Notes under the pieces: model-generated
The model's database searches: none
Told to the model about the DNA's origin: nothing
What the model saw: only the letters and a program-made list of their open reading frames with translations
Assembly (NCBI GenBank): GCA_951406725.2
Contig: OX597824.1
Location: 43,152,001 to 43,216,000, forward strand
Length of the DNA stretch: 64,000 bases
Origin: Octopus vulgaris
Taxonomy: Eukaryota
Direction: 5' to 3'
Part shown: positions 1 through 13,426 of the stretch, in pieces
Layout: each line of letters opens with the position of its first letter
How positions within the stretch are numbered: the first letter of the stretch is position 1
Translations under genes and position numbers: made by a program

Positions 1-58
1 TGTAGACATGTGTGTGTGTGTGTGAGTGTGTGTGTGTGTGTACACACATATATAAAAC

Positions 59-101
<43 letters not shown>

Positions 102-292
102 TTAGAGATAGATACATATAGCTATATATATATATTTATATGCATATGCATATATTTTATATAGTCAATTCGAGTGAGTTATAAACTCATAAGGGATTAT
201 GTAATCCAAGAAATTCTATTGGTTAATCCCTATCATACAATACGAAAGTCGCTTGTATATGTTAGGGATTATTGTAATTATATATATTATTA

Positions 293-604
293 ATATTGAA
301 GGAAAGAAAATTGAGAGAATTGGATGTGTGGAAAGTTTATTTGTATGTTAAAAAATGTTGAAAAATTTCATTTACAAAAAAAGTACAATACAAATAGATT
401 GATTATAAGTTGTAAAGCTCAAAACGATTTTAAGATTTAACATTTTAAATTCTTATTTAGATTCTTTTTTAAACTTCTTTTTGAGCTTTACAACTTATAA
501 TCCATTTATTTGTATTGTAATGTTTTTAATAGAAATTTTTCAACATATTTTAACATGCAAATTTTAATACATCCAATCGTCTCCATTTTCTTTCCTTCAA
601 TATA
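293..604. repeat. Long imperfect AT-rich inverted repeat (MITE/fold-back-like), arms about 135 bp
   Basis: Nested reverse-complement blocks: ttgaaggaaagaaaat/attttctttccttcaa, attggatgt/acatccaat, tgttgaaaaatttc/gaaatttttcaaca, tacaatacaaata/tatttgtattgta, gattataagttgtaaagctcaaaa/ttttgagctttacaacttataatc. Confidence 0.85.
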
Positions 605-634
605 TGTATGTATGTACGTACGTATGTATGTATG

Positions 635-668
<34 letters not shown>

Positions 669-890
669 TGTATGTATGTATGTATGTATGTATGTATGCA
701 AGTATGTATGTATGTGTGTGTATGTATGTATGTATGTATGTATGAATGTATGTACGTATGTATGTAAGTACGTACGTATGTATGTATGTATGTATGTATG
801 TATGTGTGTGTGTGTATGTATGTATGTGTGTGTATGTATGTATGTATGTATGTATGTATGTATGTATGTATGTATGTATATATGTATGTA
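601..890. repeat. (TATG)n microsatellite with TG interruptions
   Basis: Directly visible; source of the spurious YVCM/HTYI ORFs. Confidence 0.95.
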
Positions 891-1106
891 CTCATATATA
901 CAGAAACACACATGCATGGCGTATAAATATAACTACTAAACATACATTCAGGGTAAGCGTATGATGTCCGTATGTGTAAGTGTGTAAGTTCTTATATACA
1001 TCGAAATTTCACTATAGTGTACGTGTATATGAATTTAAATATTTCTCTTTATGTGTTTCACTGTCTCTCTCTCTCTGTCCCTTTCTGTCTGCCTTCTGCA
1101 CACACA

Positions 1107-1190
<84 letters not shown>

Positions 1191-1310
1191 CATACATGCA
1201 CGTGCACACTGCCAAATAGATTTCCATCACTAAAAGACATGTCAACCCATTTGTGGAGTATTTTTTGAATGCATAATAGTAGTTGGGTCCCTGCTTCAGA
1301 ATTTGGAGAA

Positions 1311-1363
<53 letters not shown>

Positions 1364-1412
1364 TATGTGTATATATATATATTTATATATATGTATATTG
1401 TATATATGTATA

Positions 1413-1492
<80 letters not shown>

Positions 1493-2124
1493 TAAATAGC
1501 TAGCTAGATAGATAGATACATTCATACATATATCATATTACATTCTCTTGTAATATATTATAATATATTATATTATGTTATGTTATATTATATTATATCA
1601 CATCTTATCATACTATATCAGTTTGGGTATATCCATGTATTCTTATATTACCTATACAGATCTGAGAATACTTCGTCTGTGGGTTCGGGTATGTATATGC
1701 GGGTGCGTACATGCGTGTGTGTATGTCTGTCTGTCTGTCTGTGTCTGTGTGTGTATCTTTATGTGTGTGAGCGTGCCGACTTTTATGTATGTATATTATT
1801 ACTGCAGTTACGTTTTTGCATTGGGGAAATCTCTTTCCGTCTCGTGTTTTCATTTGTCTTCTTTCTCTCATTCATTTCACAAATGCACACACGCACACGC
1901 ACACACATACGCACACACATACGCACACACACGCACACACACACACACAAACACATGCACATACACACACGCACACACACACACACACACGCACGCACAT
2001 ATACTGACACACTAGGAGGTTGGGAGGGAAGGAAGAAAGATAGAAAGAAAGGATGTAGTCATTCGATTAAGAGAAATATATTTATAGGTAGACAGACAGG
2101 AAGATAGACAAACAGATAGTAAGA

Positions 2125-2136
2125 TAAATAGGTAGG

Positions 2137-2189
<53 letters not shown>

Positions 2190-2210
2190 GGATGGATGGA
2201 TGGATGGATG

Positions 2211-2276
<66 letters not shown>

Positions 2277-2363
2277 AAGACAGATAGATAGATAGATAAT
2301 GAGAAAGAGAACGCGTGTGTATGTCTGTATGTGTCTGTATGTGTGTATGTGTATCTGTGTGTA

Positions 2364-2445
<82 letters not shown>
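2125..2445. repeat. Compound (GATA)n/(GATG)n and (GT)n microsatellites
   Basis: Directly visible. Confidence 0.95.
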
Positions 2446-2447
<2 letters not shown>

Positions 2448-2952
2448 GCGTGTGAACGAGAAAGTGAAAGAGGGTGGGAATGGAGAAATTACCAAGAAAT
2501 AGAAAGAGGGTGATAGGAGGAAAAAGCAAAAGATGAACTGGTTTGTTGTAATGGCAACAGTAGATGGAGTTTTCAGGTGGAGGTGACCGTTTTCGTTATT
2601 GTCCGTCGGTGCCACAAGCAGTCTCCATATATACAGACTGCTTTCATTTATTCACAAGGTGAGCCATTAACGTGCAGTCTAGAAGCATGTCTGCTAAATG
2701 GCTGCCATCTTTCCACGACAATAGAAAAATAAGATAAATAAAATACAATGAAATCATGTATGTATGTATGTATATATGTGTGTGTATACACATACATAAA
2801 TATATATGCATATATGTGTAGATATACATATATACATATATATATATATAAGTGCGCGTGTGTATATATATATATATAAATACATATACTTATATATACA
2901 TATACAAACAAGTATACATGTTTGTATGTATGTGTGTATGTATGCATGCATG

Positions 2953-2993
<41 letters not shown>

Positions 2994-3129
2994 ATATGTA
3001 TGTATATGTATGTATGTATAAAAGATGACATAACGAGACTTGATTCAAGTCTCACACAATTAAAAGCGTGATGTCAGCTCTGACGTTAGTTCCGCACTGC
3101 GTCGCATAACAGGTTGTAGCCATTTTGCG

Positions 3130-3607
3130 TCCAAGCTTTTTACTATTGACTAAAGTCGTGTGCTCTTTGATTTCCTCCTTTCCTTCCTATATTCCTCTTC
3201 TTCTTTTTTCCTATTCCTATTTGGCTTACTATATCTTAATTCATTCATTCATTCTTACTTTCTCTTTCATTCTTTCTCTTGTCTTTCACCCCCACTTATA
3301 TTTATTCTCCTTCTCCTCTCTCATTCCCACTTACTTTTACTCTTTCAATCTATTTAATTTCTTTCTCTATGTATCTCTTTTTCTATCCTATTCTTTCTAT
3401 TTTTTCTCTTTCTTTCTTGCTTAAATTATTCTTATTATCATTCTGGCATTTTCTCCTCAATCTCAAGCTAAAATTCGTTCTCTTTTTTATTCTTTCATTG
3501 CTCCTTCATTCGTCCATTTCCATTCATTCTAGTACCTTCTTTACGGCCTTTTCTTCTTTCATTCAATTCATCTTATCTCCCTTTATTCATCTTTATCTCT
3601 TTTCTCT

Positions 3608-3653
<46 letters not shown>

Positions 3654-4360
3654 TCTCTTTCTCTCTCTCTTTATTTTTGTCATTCTACCTTTCTGCCTTT
3701 CACCCAGACCTATCATTTTCCTTATCTCTTTATCGTCCTTTCTTTTTCACTTTCTACTCCACTCCTTTCTCTTCTTTTCTCTTTCCTTCTCCCATTTTAT
3801 CCCCCCAATCTTCCTCTGTCTCATTTCTACCCTTTTCTTTTTAACTTTCCCCTCACTCTTTCACTTTTCTTTCTCCATCTCTCTACTTCCTCTCTTTTTC
3901 TTCTTTCATTCTATTTAATAGTCTGCTTTCCTCTGCCTCAGACTTTTGTCACTTCCTTTCCTTCTATATTTCCCTCTCCCTCTCTCACATCTTACTTTCT
4001 TCCCTTGCACATTTGTCTCTTTTCCCACTATCGTTATTTCCCTACATGCTATTTATCTCTGCTTCAGACGTCTCTCTTCCACAAACTCTCTGTCTGTCTG
4101 CATCTCTGTCTATCTCTCTGTCTGTCTGTCTCTCTCTCTCTCCCTCTCTCTCTCCCTTTCTCTCCCCCTCTCTCTCTCTCTCTCTCCATCCTGCTTTTTC
4201 TTATTTCCATTCTCTTTGTGTACCTGTTTCTTTCTTTCTTTCTTTCTTTTTTATTTATTATTTACTTCTCTCTCTCTCTCTCTCTCCATCTATCTTTCTA
4301 TCTTTCTTCCCATCCCTTAATTGCTCTGTTTCTCTTTCTATCTCTTGCTGTCATTGATTG
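3130..4360 (+). repeat. About 1.2 kb degenerate polypyrimidine tract with (CT)n cores
   Basis: Strand-asymmetric C/T-rich sequence with very few G; near-pure (CT)n around 3612-3670 and 4130-4170. Confidence 0.9.
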
Positions 4361-4400
4361 TAGATAATTGCTAAATGAAAAAGTACATTCGAGGAGGAAC

Positions 4401-4433
<33 letters not shown>

Positions 4434-5348
4434 ATATACACCACATATACACTACACATACATAGATGCACACACCATATAAATACATGCACATAAACAC
4501 CCACACTTAACCCACACATCACATTAACTCTCACATACGTACTTGCACACACACACACACGCACACATGCTCATACACATGCATATACACATATATACAA
4601 ACTAACCTCTATTTAAAATATATTCGATTATAATTTCATTCTGCAAGAACACGACAAAAAATATTTCGGTTTTCCAATATTACATCTATTCAGATTTCCA
4701 ATGAATATTTTCATATAAGATTATCTTTCGCGTGTAACATCTCATCTAGAAATAAATTTATTTATTACAATTTTCAAACTTGAACTGATTTGTGTTTCGC
4801 TACACGAAAACACTGCAACAAACATATTCTCGCCGGCTGATAAGCTATCTTATGCGAACAAACTAGTAGATCCTCGCACATGCGCGCGTGATTGCACATA
4901 AAAAAGCTGTCAGTAAGAGTGTAGCAGCATGCGCACTTGAACAGTTGAGAAAACCGGATATCCGCTATCATTTAAGGCAATATATTTGTCAGACGGTGCC
5001 AGTAAGGGTGGGGGGATAAATAAAAAGTATTTAATGAAGCGGTCAAAGCTTAGAAGACAACCAACTTGTGAGTAGACACAGAAATGTAAAACTATTTTCA
5101 TTTCATCTTTTGGTCGGATGGGGCACGGATGGAAGTGCCCATGATCCTTTACGGAACCCCCGAGACCGGGGTGGGGTTGCTGAAGGAAGTGTTCATGGAT
5201 CTTTATGAAGCCCCCGAGACAGGTGGGTGGAGGCGGAAAGCAAGAAAATATCCCCAAACCGGAGATTTGAATACAGAGGATTAGCGCATAGCAGAAAAAA
5301 AATGCTGCGAGGATGACCCACGGGATGTGTAATATTTGTGTGCATGAA

Positions 5349-5581
5349 GGCGGCGAGCTGGCAGAAACGTTAGCATGCCGGGCGAAATGCTTAGCAGTAT
5401 TTCGTCTGGCGTTACGTTCTAAGTTCAATTTCCGCCGAGGTCGACTTTGCCTTTCATCCCTTCGGGGTCGATAAATTAAGTACCAGTTACGCATTGGGGT
5501 CGATGTAATCGATTTAATCCCTTTGTCTGTCCTTGTTTGTCTCCTCTACGTTTAGCCCCCTGTGGGCAATAAAGAAATAAG
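5349..5581 (+). mobile_element. tRNA-derived SINE, family 1 (ggcggcgagctggcagaaacg head), tail type A
   Basis: A-box-like tggcagaaacg and B-box-like gttcaa(a)tt; homologous to copies at 17244, 17524, 30750 and 61129; tail ...gtctgtccttgtttgtc...aaagaaata. Confidence 0.9.
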
Positions 5582-5583
5582 TA

Positions 5584-5749
5584 GCGTTAGCACACCGGGC
5601 GAAATACTTAGCGGTATTTCGTCTGTCTTTAAGTTCTGAGTTCAAATTCCACCGAGGTCGATTTTGCTTTTCATCCTTTCGGGGTCGAAAAAAAAAACAG
5701 GCCCCCTTCCCGAAAATGTCGGGCCTTGTGCATAGAGTAGAAAAGAAAA
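5584..5749 (+). mobile_element. 5'-truncated SINE family 1 copy, tail type B
   Basis: Shares the body cgttagcac..gggcgaaat...ggggtcga; tail ggcccccttccc...gggccttgtgcatagagtagaaaag matches the copies at 47400 and 49831. Confidence 0.85.
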
Positions 5750-6363
5750 TTTGCGTGCATGAACGATGGAGGTCAAAATAGCAGAGCGAAAAGTTTAACA
5801 AAGTGAATGGACCTTGTGGAAAAGAAAACTGGGGAAGTCATGGGCTGAAGTAATAAAAACATATCTCAATTACTGCATGTCACGAAGTAGGTGATAGACT
5901 GCTGTGTCGATTGTTGATACGCTCTGCAAGAAGAAACTAGTCAGCCCAATACATTTTGTTGAGTGTGAGTTTTCCTCAAAGCCACACTCAAAAGAGTATA
6001 TTAGGGGCAATATGTTGTGACACAAGCACAATAGCAGATTGCTATGTCCTTGACGAAACTAATAGAGTCTTTGAACCCTCATCCCCATTCGTTTAGAGAG
6101 TGCTCTTAGTAGGATTATCGTGGCACCAACACAATGGGGTTACGTTTTATTGCTTCACAACTTCACAACTTTACAAAGTGCAGCGCCTTGCGCAAGTGTC
6201 TTCTACAATGGCCTAATGGCTTATGATTGAATTTTATTAACGAAAATTGAGTGCAAGCCCAAACTAAAACTGGAAATTAGTCATGTTTTTTAATAAAATA
6301 TGTATAAAAGAAACCTGTCTCCCATTTATATGAATACGTATATATATATATATATATATATGC

Positions 6364-6394
<31 letters not shown>

Positions 6395-6516
6395 CGTGCG
6401 TGCGTGTTTGTGTGCGTGTGTGTATGTATGTATATACATGCATGCATACATGTATGTATACGTGTATGTATATATATATGTATGTATATATATGTATATA
6501 CACGCATACATCCATG

Positions 6517-6564
<48 letters not shown>

Positions 6565-6777
6565 TATATACATACATCGGATGAATTACAATGGGATTGC
6601 TCACATTAAGTAATCCTAGATACTTCTTACAACTCAATGCGGTCAGCCATAACCCGGATTGTAGTTGCGAGCTTGTACCTGCCTGGATAATATATCCCTA
6701 TCTATTCATCATATGTGTGTGCGTGTGTGTGTGTCTATTTACTTCTGTCATGTGTGTGTGTATACACCCACACACAC

Positions 6778-7874
6778 ATGACAGAAGTAAATAGACACCC
6801 CTATAATCGTTACAATTTATTTAAATCTGAAATTATACATTCAAATTATGTATTAATTGTTATAATGTTAATACTTAATATTTAGTAGACATGCCCTTTA
6901 TATTTTTCAACGCAGTAATCTCAAAAGATCTGGCTTTGAAGATGATTTCTTGTTCTTTTTTGGAAGCTTTTTAATGTCATTCTCATCCAACAAATCTTGG
7001 GTCATTTTAGCCGTGTAACAAGGAGCCCCATCTTCCATAAATAAATAACTTACTTTAATCATTTCACTACTGGAGAAAATTGGAAGGAGTCCTTTCTGCC
7101 ATGTGGACATATATTTATATGAGTTTATGCTTTCCTCACACTTTATCAGCTCTGATCAACCATTGCCCCAAATTGCTCCTCAGACCATCACAGAATAGCT
7201 GCCGTGTTCCATTGTTGGCTTTTCACCTCAAATTCTTGATCACAGAGTCTCCAGACCTATACTCGACCACTGTCAGGAAATAAGGCAAATCTGCACTCAT
7301 CAGAGAATTTTGGGACAGTGTCCCAAAATGTTAGTGGTCTCACCACCATCTCATTGGCCCAATCTTTTCTCCGCTTGAAGTTGCCTGGTCCAAGAAGTGG
7401 CTTTCTTCCTGCTGCGCTGCCATAATAACCAAGTTTGTGAAGATACCTAACAGTTGTTCTGGGTCTAACTTCAACTTGTTCTGCTATGTCAGAGGCCTTG
7501 CAATGAGGATTATCCTCCACAATTCTCTTAACAAAGAGAAGGGTCCTGTCATAGGGCCCTGGTTGATGTGGGCGAGGTGATGTGGACTCCTTCCTCTCTC
7601 TGGTGAATTGCACAATCACTCTATTAACTATAGAAAGTGGAATCCCAAGGTTTTCTGCAATTTTATGCTGACTATGTCCACCTTCAGAGTGACCCAAAAT
7701 ATGGCCTCTTTGAAATTCAGACAGCTCCAAGGCTTCTTTTGTACATGGCATGATTGAACAGTCACATATAGAACCTGTAACATAAAAATGGCAAGTAATA
7801 CAAAATTATAAACCTTTACAAATTATAATAAACATAAAATGATGTTTTATGGGCTGTCTATTTACCACTGTCAT
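6778..7874 (-). mobile_element. Defective Tc1-family DNA transposon with TIRs
   Basis: TIR pair atgacagaagtaaatagacaccc (6778-6800) vs reverse complement of 7852-7874 (20/23 match) encloses a broken transposase. Confidence 0.85.
6907..7751 (-). pseudogene. Tc1-like DDE transposase pseudogene
   Basis: Paired-like HTH start ([11 protein letters not shown]...[15 protein letters not shown]), RKPLL, first catalytic D in FSDECRF, second D in FMEDGAP, decayed SPDL motif (SKPDL); frameshifts and stops after 7257. Confidence 0.9.
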
Positions 7875-7920
7875 TTCTGTGTGTGCGTGCGTGTGCATGT
7901 ATACACACACACACACACAT

Positions 7921-7952
<32 letters not shown>

Positions 7953-7954
<2 letters not shown>

Positions 7955-8250
7955 GATGGACTCTCCCTTCGAAAGTGATGTCTGGATGTTCAGCTTTTGC
8001 TAAATGACCTATAAAAATGATTTCTTCATAGTGATCAAATTTATGTACCATACATCAGCTCACTCTCTCCATCAAATCGACATTGCCTGAACAAGTGCAC
8101 AAGTGTACCACCCGTCAGGTGTCAAAGTGATCGCAGAACAACGCGAGATGAAGTGTTTTGCTCAAGAACGTAGCGCACTGCCCGGTCCAGGAATTGAAAC
8201 CACGATCTCGCGGTCGTGAGTGTAACACCTAAGCTACTAGGCTGTGCGCC
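7953..8250 (-). mobile_element. tRNA-derived SINE, family 3 (ggcgcacagcctagt head)
   Basis: Minus strand reads ggcgcacagcctagtagcttag...ggtttcaattcc (A/B boxes) then ttcttgagcaaaacactt (CORE-like); related heads at 16321 and 39374. Confidence 0.7.
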
Positions 8251-8871
8251 CTCAATGTCTCTGTGTGTGTGTGTGTGTGCGCGTGTGTTTCATAAAGATT
8301 ATCAGTAGCAGAGGCACGAATTCTGTATAAAGTGATATGTACATTGATGCATCATAAGATGTGTCGCATAATGAAGGAACTCACGATTTTGGAGTAGGAG
8401 GCTTTTATCAGAGAACTAAATGATATGCAAAATATAAAGAAAAAACATCGCATTTATCTTCATTATATAATGAAGATTATTGTTTTTTGTTTAGACCGTT
8501 GCTCTTCCTATGACGAGAAGCTGCAAAGCTACGCAGATTCCGTATTCTTTTTCTTTTTTTTTTTTTTTTTTTTGTCATATAGTGTTTCGAGAACAACATT
8601 ATCAGCGGTATCTTTTGCCTAATAAGTTAATAGAATGAGATTTGAAATAATCTGGCTGCAATTTCTAGTAGATCGTGTACCCGTTGCAGCGACGCCTACC
8701 AGAATTGGTATGCTGACCATTGTTGCATCCGCATCAAGTAGTTTTGAAATACAAGTTTTGCTTCTCGATAAAGTCAGTCCCAAATATTAATCCTTCTTCG
8801 CTGACTTGCCCCTGCACAACTTCGCGACAGAAGTAACAACAGATTCAACAACAAATAAGTTGATTAAGCTT

Positions 8872-9145
<274 letters not shown>

Positions 9146-10448
9146 GAGATACACATTCAGTCATTTTGTTTCTTTTTCTCTCAAACACAGTAGAGGATTG
9201 ATTGAAACGTGTCCAACATGGTGGTTGAAATATAAACACTGAAAGTCAATATGGCTTTTTATATGTTGAAAATGTCAGCATATCACAGAACAAAATGTTA
9301 AGTTATCTTCTGCGAATTGATCACGTGAACGACAAAATTAATTTTTCTCGGGGGAGAAGGGGAGCAGCTGACCGTTGTAGAAGAGGTGGAGAGGGGGCTA
9401 AAATGGAGAAGGTGAGAGGTGAGAAGGGTGCAGAACTTCAGACTTGTGATGTTAACTTGCATTTTTATTCTTATTTGGTCTATTGCATTTATTGATTTTT
9501 TTAATTAGTTCATTGGTGATATATATACATACATATGTGTGTATGTATGTATATATACTATATATATTTACACACGCAAAACACACATTAGAAATTTGTT
9601 AATTATATCTATATAACAACAATATCTATGTGAAGAAAGTAGAATAGAATAGAATAGAATAGAAGGAACCCAAATATATAGCAAACATTTAAGTGTATTA
9701 GGTGTATACTGTGTGTGTGTGTGCGTGTGTGTGTGACATGTACGCATGGGTGCAGAGTGTCTGTATGATAAGTATGTATGTATGTATGTATGTATGTATG
9801 TATGTATGTATGTATGTATGTATGTATGTATGTATGTATGTATGTACGTACACAACTGTAAGCGTCGATGTTTATTTGTCTCGAAACAACATCAGCGTTT
9901 CCTTACGAATCGTTTCCAAACTTTGCACTCAAATCTAAACCGCTCCAGAATAATGTACGAGGAAAATATCCAGTAACCAAGGTCTCTCTGAGGTAAATCA
10001 GATAGGATTTAATTAAGAAGATGCTGAAAGCTTGGTAGTTGCAATGGAGTAGTAGTTGAGTAGGTTTGTTAGAGTGGTGTGCACCAACGTTATTTTTCTC
10101 TCCTTTTGAGTATCTCTAAATTTTTAAGCTCTTCCTCTCTGTTATCCTCTAAGTTTTCCTCTGTGCCTCACATCACACTCACAAAAACCCTCCATACACA
10201 CACACATACACACGCTCACTCACTCCTTCTCTCTCACGCACACACACACACTCTCACTCCCTCGCTCAACTTCCTTTGACGACGATGTATTAACAGTGTT
10301 TATTGGAATAATGCAGGAAGTAATATTGCTCAGATAAAAAATATTAGGACCCAGTTTCAAATACCATAGAAAATAACAACTAAATTTATTGCTTAATTGC
10401 TTCACATTGTTTGTTTATATTATTAACATCAATATTTTTGATGATTTA

Positions 10449-10543
10449 GGCAGTGAGCTGGAAGAATTGTCAGCAAGCCGGACAAAACGCTTAGCAGCAT
10501 TTCGTGTGTCTTTACGTTCTGAGTATAAATTCCTCCGAGGTCG
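10449..10543 (+). mobile_element. Degenerate SINE family 1 head fragment
   Basis: ggcagtgagctggaagaa...tttacgttctgagtataaattcctccgaggtcg aligns to 5349-5450. Confidence 0.7.
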
Positions 10544-13092
10544 TTTGTAATCGTAAAATGTCTGCTCATTTTGTCTTGTTTGAGCCCGGGCGCATTCCTG
10601 ACGAACGATACATATTTTGCAAGTAACGAAATCGTATTGGCGCAATATAAAAACTTAATGGTTTACACTTCCGTATGGCTGTTTTATTTTTTTTACAATT
10701 CAAGTTAATTATTGCACATTGTTGCATACATCCTTCACCATTATGTTGATAAACATACACACATGTATACATATATTTGTGTGAGAGTGTTCTTGTAAAT
10801 GAATTTGTATTTGCTTATCTTAACATGTTTTGCTTTATGACAGATATGAGTATTGAAGCAAACCCAAAGCACGGATCTTTATATTTCTGCTGAAAATGAT
10901 AAATGTACTTGATTTACTTTTAGCCATCAAGTCAATATCCGGCTGCGCCAGGGTGTTTATGTATGTGCATCATGTATATATATTTGTATGTGTAAAGTAA
11001 CAGTTTTAGAGGAAAAACATTGGTTTCATATCTAGCGTGAATTAGGCATATCTTCAACTTCTCTAAACGATAGCTGTTCTCTGCAAAGAATGATATTTAA
11101 AAACACAAGAACGCCGGTGATAGGTGAAAAAATATTCCTCTTAAAAATTATGGCCGGGCGAGTTGTCTTCCTTCGCTTGATTGCTAGGTTTTCCAATTTT
11201 GATGTAAAAATTTCCGAAAATGTTGACAACTCCCCACGGCTTCCGTCCTGGAGTTCCGGCTGCCTCCTGGCTCATGTGAGTTCATAAGGATTAAATATCT
11301 TTCTGCTATACACAATTTACATAGCCTTGTTTCATTGCGATAGGATCCACAGAGACACACACACAAAGTACAGAATAAGATAAGAAAATACGTAATTTTA
11401 TAACTCGGCAACTGTTTCAGGAACCCCGGAGTTATGTAATAAATTGCAGAAGAAATGTGCAAAACGTCATGGGTATGTAACCAGTAACAAGTTATATGAA
11501 AATATTACTATAATTCTGGCTTTCCTCATCAAGAGAAAATTGGCAAATTTTGTTTGGTGACTATTGGTGTCTCTGTGGAGTTTGTACTAGCATACTCAAT
11601 CTTTATATTTGATAAGTTTTACATATGATATTATGTTTTTGGGCTTTACAATCCAAACTCTCTGATATCTTTTGCATAGATTTGTGTTCCACTAGAAAGC
11701 TACACCGAAATCAACGTTTGCTTCACAGATTACTTGAAGACTTCAAAGAAACCCGTTTTTCACAGGCCTTAAAATCTATATTCTATGAATTAATTTGCTC
11801 GTAATTTGTCCTTGTCTATCGGATTAAAATGCAGCTGCTGGCAGTATGTATGCAAATTTGATTCGCATAAACAGACGCGCGCATGCGCACATATGTCCAT
11901 ACACATGCACACACATATGTGGATTAATAAAATATATATTCATTAACTTCTCCTTTTGACTGAATGTTCGACGGGTTTTTTTTTTTTTTTTGCTCTTTTG
12001 TTTTGTTTTGTGCACCAAAAATATACAAACAATAATAGTAACAACAGCGGGGAAAATTATCCGCTTTTCAGATATTTATTTTCCGGCATTTCTTGGCTAC
12101 AACTTTTTGCTAGGGTAGCTTTGAGATTCTTAATGATTATTTTGTCGCAGAACCGTTTTAAGATTTTAGAATGAAGATTAATTCATATAAAAAAAATTTG
12201 CTGCTATTTTGAAAATTATGAAAACTAATATTGTTATTAAATAAAATTTTATTAAATTTTATTAAAACATACCTTGTATTGTTGATACAGGATTTTTTCA
12301 ATAAACTTGTGCTTTCTTCGCAGCTTTGAGATTCACCAAAGCAATTGAATAATACTGTTTCTTCTATTTTTTTTTTCAGAGCTGATTGCAACATTCATTT
12401 GAAAACTACAAAATAAACACGTAACTCCCACATTTGGGGAGTAATCTACATTTAAATTGTTGCATGATGTCATCCAGAAGCATTGCACTGATGACATGTA
12501 AACAGGTTAGAAAAACCAGATCAAAGAAGGATAGCAAAATATATATTTTGTTTTTAAATCCGAAAGCAACTAAAATATTCTGGTGCGGTAGAAGTAGAAT
12601 GTAAAATTTCCCCGCTAACTATACTTCAGTGAAAATTTTGAAGTTGGTTCAAATAATTTTGAAAGAGAAATAATTTAATATTTGTGTTAATTAGCTAATT
12701 TCGTGTTATTAAACTCCATTGCATACGCTTTCAAATTTGCTAAGGTTTCACTGATGCAATGCTTCCTGAGTGACCCTAGATATGCATTGATTTATTTATT
12801 ATTTTGTGATACAAAATATTCACAACTGCTCAGTGCAGCCTTATGTTAGAAGAGTATAGAGACTGATATACTTTTGCCTATCTGTTGACTAACACATATC
12901 ATCTTCCCGACCAAAATTTCGCTGAATCAAACATTCCCTCGACTGTACTTAATCTTTTGATATGTGCAATAGACCGAAGCCTTAACCGGTGCAGAATTTG
13001 CGTTTCCTCTACGCACAGATAAATATACACATACGCTTATGTATATATATATATGTATACACACACCCACACACCTCTCTCTCTCGAGATAT

Positions 13093-13271
13093 ATATATTC
13101 TCTAGCCTTCATCAGGTGTCTTGGGGAAATTTCGAACCTGGCTTCTCATTCCTAAGATATTTTTCTATGTTGTTGTTGTTGTTGTTGTTATTATTATTAT
13201 TATTCAGGTCACTGTCTGGAATCGAGCTCGGAATCTTGGTGTTAGTAGCCCACGCTCTTAACTACTACACC
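13093..13271 (-). mobile_element. tRNA-Arg-like SINE, family 4, 3'-truncated within the hammerhead-like tail
   Basis: Reverse complement of 13283-13511; carries intact CTGATGA (plus 13109-13115) but lacks the downstream CAGCC-GAAA. Confidence 0.85.
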
Positions 13272-13282
13272 CACGGACATAT

Positions 13283-13345
13283 GGCGTAGTGGTTAAGAGC
13301 GCGGGCTACTAACCCCAAGATTCCGAGTTCGATTCTAGGCAGTGA

Positions 13346-13426
<81 letters not shown>

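Noticed and set aside
3279-4367. 362-aa F/L/S-rich ORF
   Set aside because: A consequence of the polypyrimidine tract, which lacks stop codons; no domain signal.
7270-7290. CTGATGA on the minus strand
   Set aside because: Part of the Tc1 FSDE codons, with no GAAA or stems.
10843-10950. Acceptor followed by MSIEANPKHGSLYFC
   Set aside because: Early stop and no acceptable donor; consistent with chance.
11879-11889. NRF1-like GCGCATGCGCA motif suggesting a promoter
   Set aside because: It lies within decayed purine-pyrimidine microsatellite, with no CpG island or other support.
13283-13348. Functional tRNA gene
   Set aside because: A and B boxes and an anticodon-like arm are present, but no acceptor stem; it continues into a repeat tail and occurs as dispersed copies, so it is a SINE head.
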